Below, piece by piece: positions 43,853-46,048 of a stretch of DNA of 46,048 nt. The notes beneath the pieces were generated by a model that worked only from the letters and a program-made list of their open reading frames with translations, ran no database searches and was not told the DNA's origin. Within the stretch, counting starts at the first letter, position 1, and every line of letters begins with the position of its first letter. Where the stretch lies: contig CAYWSV010000003.1 of the NCBI GenBank assembly GCA_964460155.1, positions 1-46,048 on the forward strand, given 5' to 3'. The translations under genes were made by a program, and so were the position numbers. Source of the stretch: an uncultured Oligoflexia bacterium (GTDB lineage: Bacteria > Bdellovibrionota_B > Oligoflexia > Silvanigrellales > Silvanigrellaceae).

Positions 43853-44443
43853 TTATTTCTTGAACTTAACGTCCCCAATGAGAGTGCTAATGTCGCCTGC
43901 ACAGTTCGAACGTTCGGGGTACTCGGCGACATGTGGCTTTCCGTCTTTCTTTTTGAACTCAATTCGTGTTGGACAATAGATTCTCAGACCTTTGCCGTCT
44001 TGAACGCTGTTTGGGCTCGAAACAATCTTCATAATCTGCCAACCTTCCGATTTCGCTTTGGAGATTAATGGATCGCCACCCCTTGTTGTTTTAGGAATCA
44101 GGAACACGTCTCTCATGGCTTGGCCCGTCATGGCGGCAATTACGCCGTCGGCCAGCGCCAGACGAACGGCAATAAAGAAATATTCATCGTTGCGAACCAC
44201 CGACACCTCACCGGTTCTACCATCTGCTGTTCGGAATTCTACATTCGGATTCATAATATGACTGAACTCTTTAATCACCATATCGCCTGGTTTTTGCGCA
44301 GTAATCTCGAATTCACCGTTGCTGTTCGTTGTTCGCTTGACGGCCATTGCGTCGGCATCAGAACTCGATTCGCCGGGGCGGCACCCAGACACAAACAAGA
44401 GACTCGCACCCATAAGCAGCACAGAAGACACAACATTTTTCAT
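43853..44443 (-). CDS. Hypothetical lipoprotein
   Basis: The lipobox is ASLLFVSGC and a GGGGGAA RBS precedes the start. I recognise no family. Confidence 0.55.
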   Translation of the reverse strand: MKNVVSSVLLMGASLLFVSGCRPGESSSDADAMAVKRTTNSNGEFEITAQKPGDMVIKEFSHIMNPNVEFRTADGRTGEVSVVRNDEYFFIAVRLALADGVIAAMTGQAMRDVFLIPKTTRGGDPLISKAKSEGWQIMKIVSSPNSVQDGKGLRIYCPTRIEFKKKDGKPHVAEYPERSNCAGDISTLIGDVKFKK

Positions 44444-44468
44444 TCGATTTCCCCCGCATTTTAGGGTG

Positions 44469-44495
44469 AGATCGGAAGATTCTCGGTCGACTTAA
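44469..44495 (-). promoter_or_regulatory. Weak candidate sigma-28-like promoter
   Basis: The minus strand reads TTAA-N15-tCCGATct, 26 nt upstream of the ATG at 44443. Confidence 0.25.
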
Positions 44496-44580
44496 GAACT
44501 ATTTGTCGTTAAATAAATGCGTGATGATTTTAACGGTTTAAGTGTCACCAGAATGAGCGTTGTTCGTTATTGGCTAAGGT

Positions 44581-45882
44581 TTAAAGAGTTGCAGCAAATT
44601 CACCACGCTGCCTAAACCAGCGATAATATACCACTGCACCGACACACACCGATGCTGCCGAAAGTACGACCATCCAATGGAATTGTGCGTGCTCCGGAAC
44701 GAGCGTTCCTGCTCCGTAGAGGATGAGAGTGGCAAAGCTCGTTAATGCAGATGCAACACCATTCACCTGACCTCGTTGGCCTGCTTCGATTGTGCGTTGT
44801 CGGATTTCCATCTCTCCCAACGAAAAACCGTACAGGCCAATTCTGGAAATCAAAACCAAGCTCAAAAATACAATCCCATCCAGAGCTCTATTGTAGAAAA
44901 ATGGAATCGCGATAAGGAGAGTGACTGCCTGCAATGCGATGAATGCAAGAGACCCTCGAATGACTCCCAGACGCCGCACAACAAAAGGAAAGGTCAACGT
45001 TGCTAGCAAACCAAAGACGGCACCAGCACCACGGAAGATTCCCAAACTGACTTCAGAGAGCTCCCATCCACCCTTGAGAAAACTTGTCAGAAGCACGCCA
45101 TGGGGGCTGAGCGCGGACAACCACAAAAATGCGTAGGCCAGCATTGCAGCTGCGGAGGAATGACTCCAAAATTCACGCCAACCCATTACAGTTTTTGAAA
45201 TGAGTCCACCTGAAAACTTGGATGCAGACAGAGGCAACTGTTGAAGCGACTGCGCACGATGAAAGACTCGCCTGAGAATTAAAATTTCAGGACCAAACGA
45301 AATGACATTCCACAAAACGACAAGCTGAAACCCAAAAAGCGGATTGCTTTGAGTCGACAGTGCGAGAAGTACTCCAGCGACCACGGGCGATAGCACTTCG
45401 GTCAAAAGATCGATCTGTTTCAGACGACTATTCACCGTCGAGAGTTGATCGGGCTCGACCAGTGTGGGGATCCAATCGTTACCCACGGCGATATCCATAA
45501 GTCCTGAACCGAGGGTGGAGAAGATGGAAGAGATTACGACTCCACAAATCAGCATCCCATCGATGCCAAAGTTGAACTTCGCTGACGAAGAACTCTGCGC
45601 AGCTAGAAGGCTATGGATGCATGCGGCAGCAGCAACAACACTCACAAGCTGGATTACTGTTCCGAAGTATGCGGTGAGATTTCGTTTCCACCGGTCAATC
45701 AAGTTCGCAATTATTGGCTGTAAAAGAAATTGGCCGAGTTTGGTGGCGAGGAAGATGGTTGCGATCAGTGAAAACCGTTGCGGAAATAACATTACGAGTG
45801 TCACGGGCAGTGCAAAGTCCCATGCTTGGTCACCGGAACGTGTTAGAAGGCGGCTCAGAAGGATTTGATTGTGCAGGCGCAT
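44581..45882 (-). CDS. Ferroportin-family (SLC40/FPN1-like) MFS metal exporter
   Basis: The N-terminal LLSRLLTRSGDQAWDFALPV matches the ferroportin signature (GD..W.FA) and closely resembles the Bdellovibrio ferroportin homologue as I recall it. The 433-aa protein has about 12 TM segments. Confidence 0.75.
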   Translation of the reverse strand: MRLHNQILLSRLLTRSGDQAWDFALPVTLVMLFPQRFSLIATIFLATKLGQFLLQPIIANLIDRWKRNLTAYFGTVIQLVSVVAAAACIHSLLAAQSSSSAKFNFGIDGMLICGVVISSIFSTLGSGLMDIAVGNDWIPTLVEPDQLSTVNSRLKQIDLLTEVLSPVVAGVLLALSTQSNPLFGFQLVVLWNVISFGPEILILRRVFHRAQSLQQLPLSASKFSGGLISKTVMGWREFWSHSSAAAMLAYAFLWLSALSPHGVLLTSFLKGGWELSEVSLGIFRGAGAVFGLLATLTFPFVVRRLGVIRGSLAFIALQAVTLLIAIPFFYNRALDGIVFLSLVLISRIGLYGFSLGEMEIRQRTIEAGQRGQVNGVASALTSFATLILYGAGTLVPEHAQFHWMVVLSAASVCVGAVVYYRWFRQRGEFAATL

Positions 45883-46048
45883 GGGGCATCTGTAGATTTG
45901 AAAGCAGGTTAATGAAAAGTATCTATCATAGTAAAGGCCTGAACGTGACAGTCTCGTTAATTAATTAATATGAATCACTCTTTGATTAGATTCTTGCTTC
46001 GCATTTGTGCAGTGAGTGACATCAGGACACGCGGATTGTCGTCTTCGT

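Noticed and set aside
45971-46048. Open frame starting ATGAATCAC... and running off the 3' window edge
   Set aside because: Only 26 codons are visible and there is no clear RBS. It may be the start of a divergent gene, but this fragment cannot support that.
1-46048. CRISPR arrays, IS elements, transposases, integrases, phage genes, and toxin-antitoxin or restriction-type defence genes
   Set aside because: I found no spaced direct repeats, terminal inverted repeats, or recombinase- or transposase-like ORFs. The only repeats are in-frame coding repeats and terminator hairpins. GC content looks even across the window, apart from short AT-rich promoter gaps.

Overview
The window is a 46 kb chromosomal segment at roughly 48% GC. 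It is densely coding on both strands, and I found no rRNA, tRNA, CRISPR array, IS element or prophage. The gene content points to a Bdellovibrio-like predatory bacterium (inference). This rests on a bacterial ferroportin (SLC40) homologue, at least 13 proteins with lipobox signal peptides, and four secreted proteases of different classes: a trypsin-like protease fused to a polyglycine region, a subtilisin S8, an astacin-like M12 and a thermolysin M4. A perfect sigma-28 (FliA-type) promoter lies in front of a secreted esterase gene. Recognisable housekeeping or accessory genes include mepA (partial), a DUF1853-like gene, a DUF1800/DUF1501 pair, a PLP-dependent Ser/Thr dehydratase and a 7TM-PP2C phosphatase. 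There is also a rubrerythrin / Fe-S / DUF3501 cluster, an Lnt-like acyltransferase, an LpxR-family lipid A deacylase, a HAMP protein and a TolC-family protein. The clearest functional unit is an eight-gene minus-strand zinc-starvation locus at 35.2-42.4 kb. It encodes a lipoprotein, a small OM beta-barrel, ZnuA/C/B-like proteins, DUF2796/ZrgA, a COG0523 GTPase with an extra TPR-like tail, and Zur. Two related 16-bp Fur-family palindromes lie in this locus, one of them embedded in a good sigma-70 promoter. The least explained material, and my best candidates for undescribed biology, are four items. First, two polyglycine-rich surface proteins are each coupled to a protease, one by fusion and one by operon. 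Second, a pair of Cys-rich secreted proteins includes a lipoprotein with three tandem six-Cys modules. Third, a TolC-like gene is translationally coupled to two unknown envelope genes instead of a pump. Fourth, a lipoprotein plus beta-barrel pair leads the zinc operon. All family calls come from motif recognition by eye and need HMM or structure searches.
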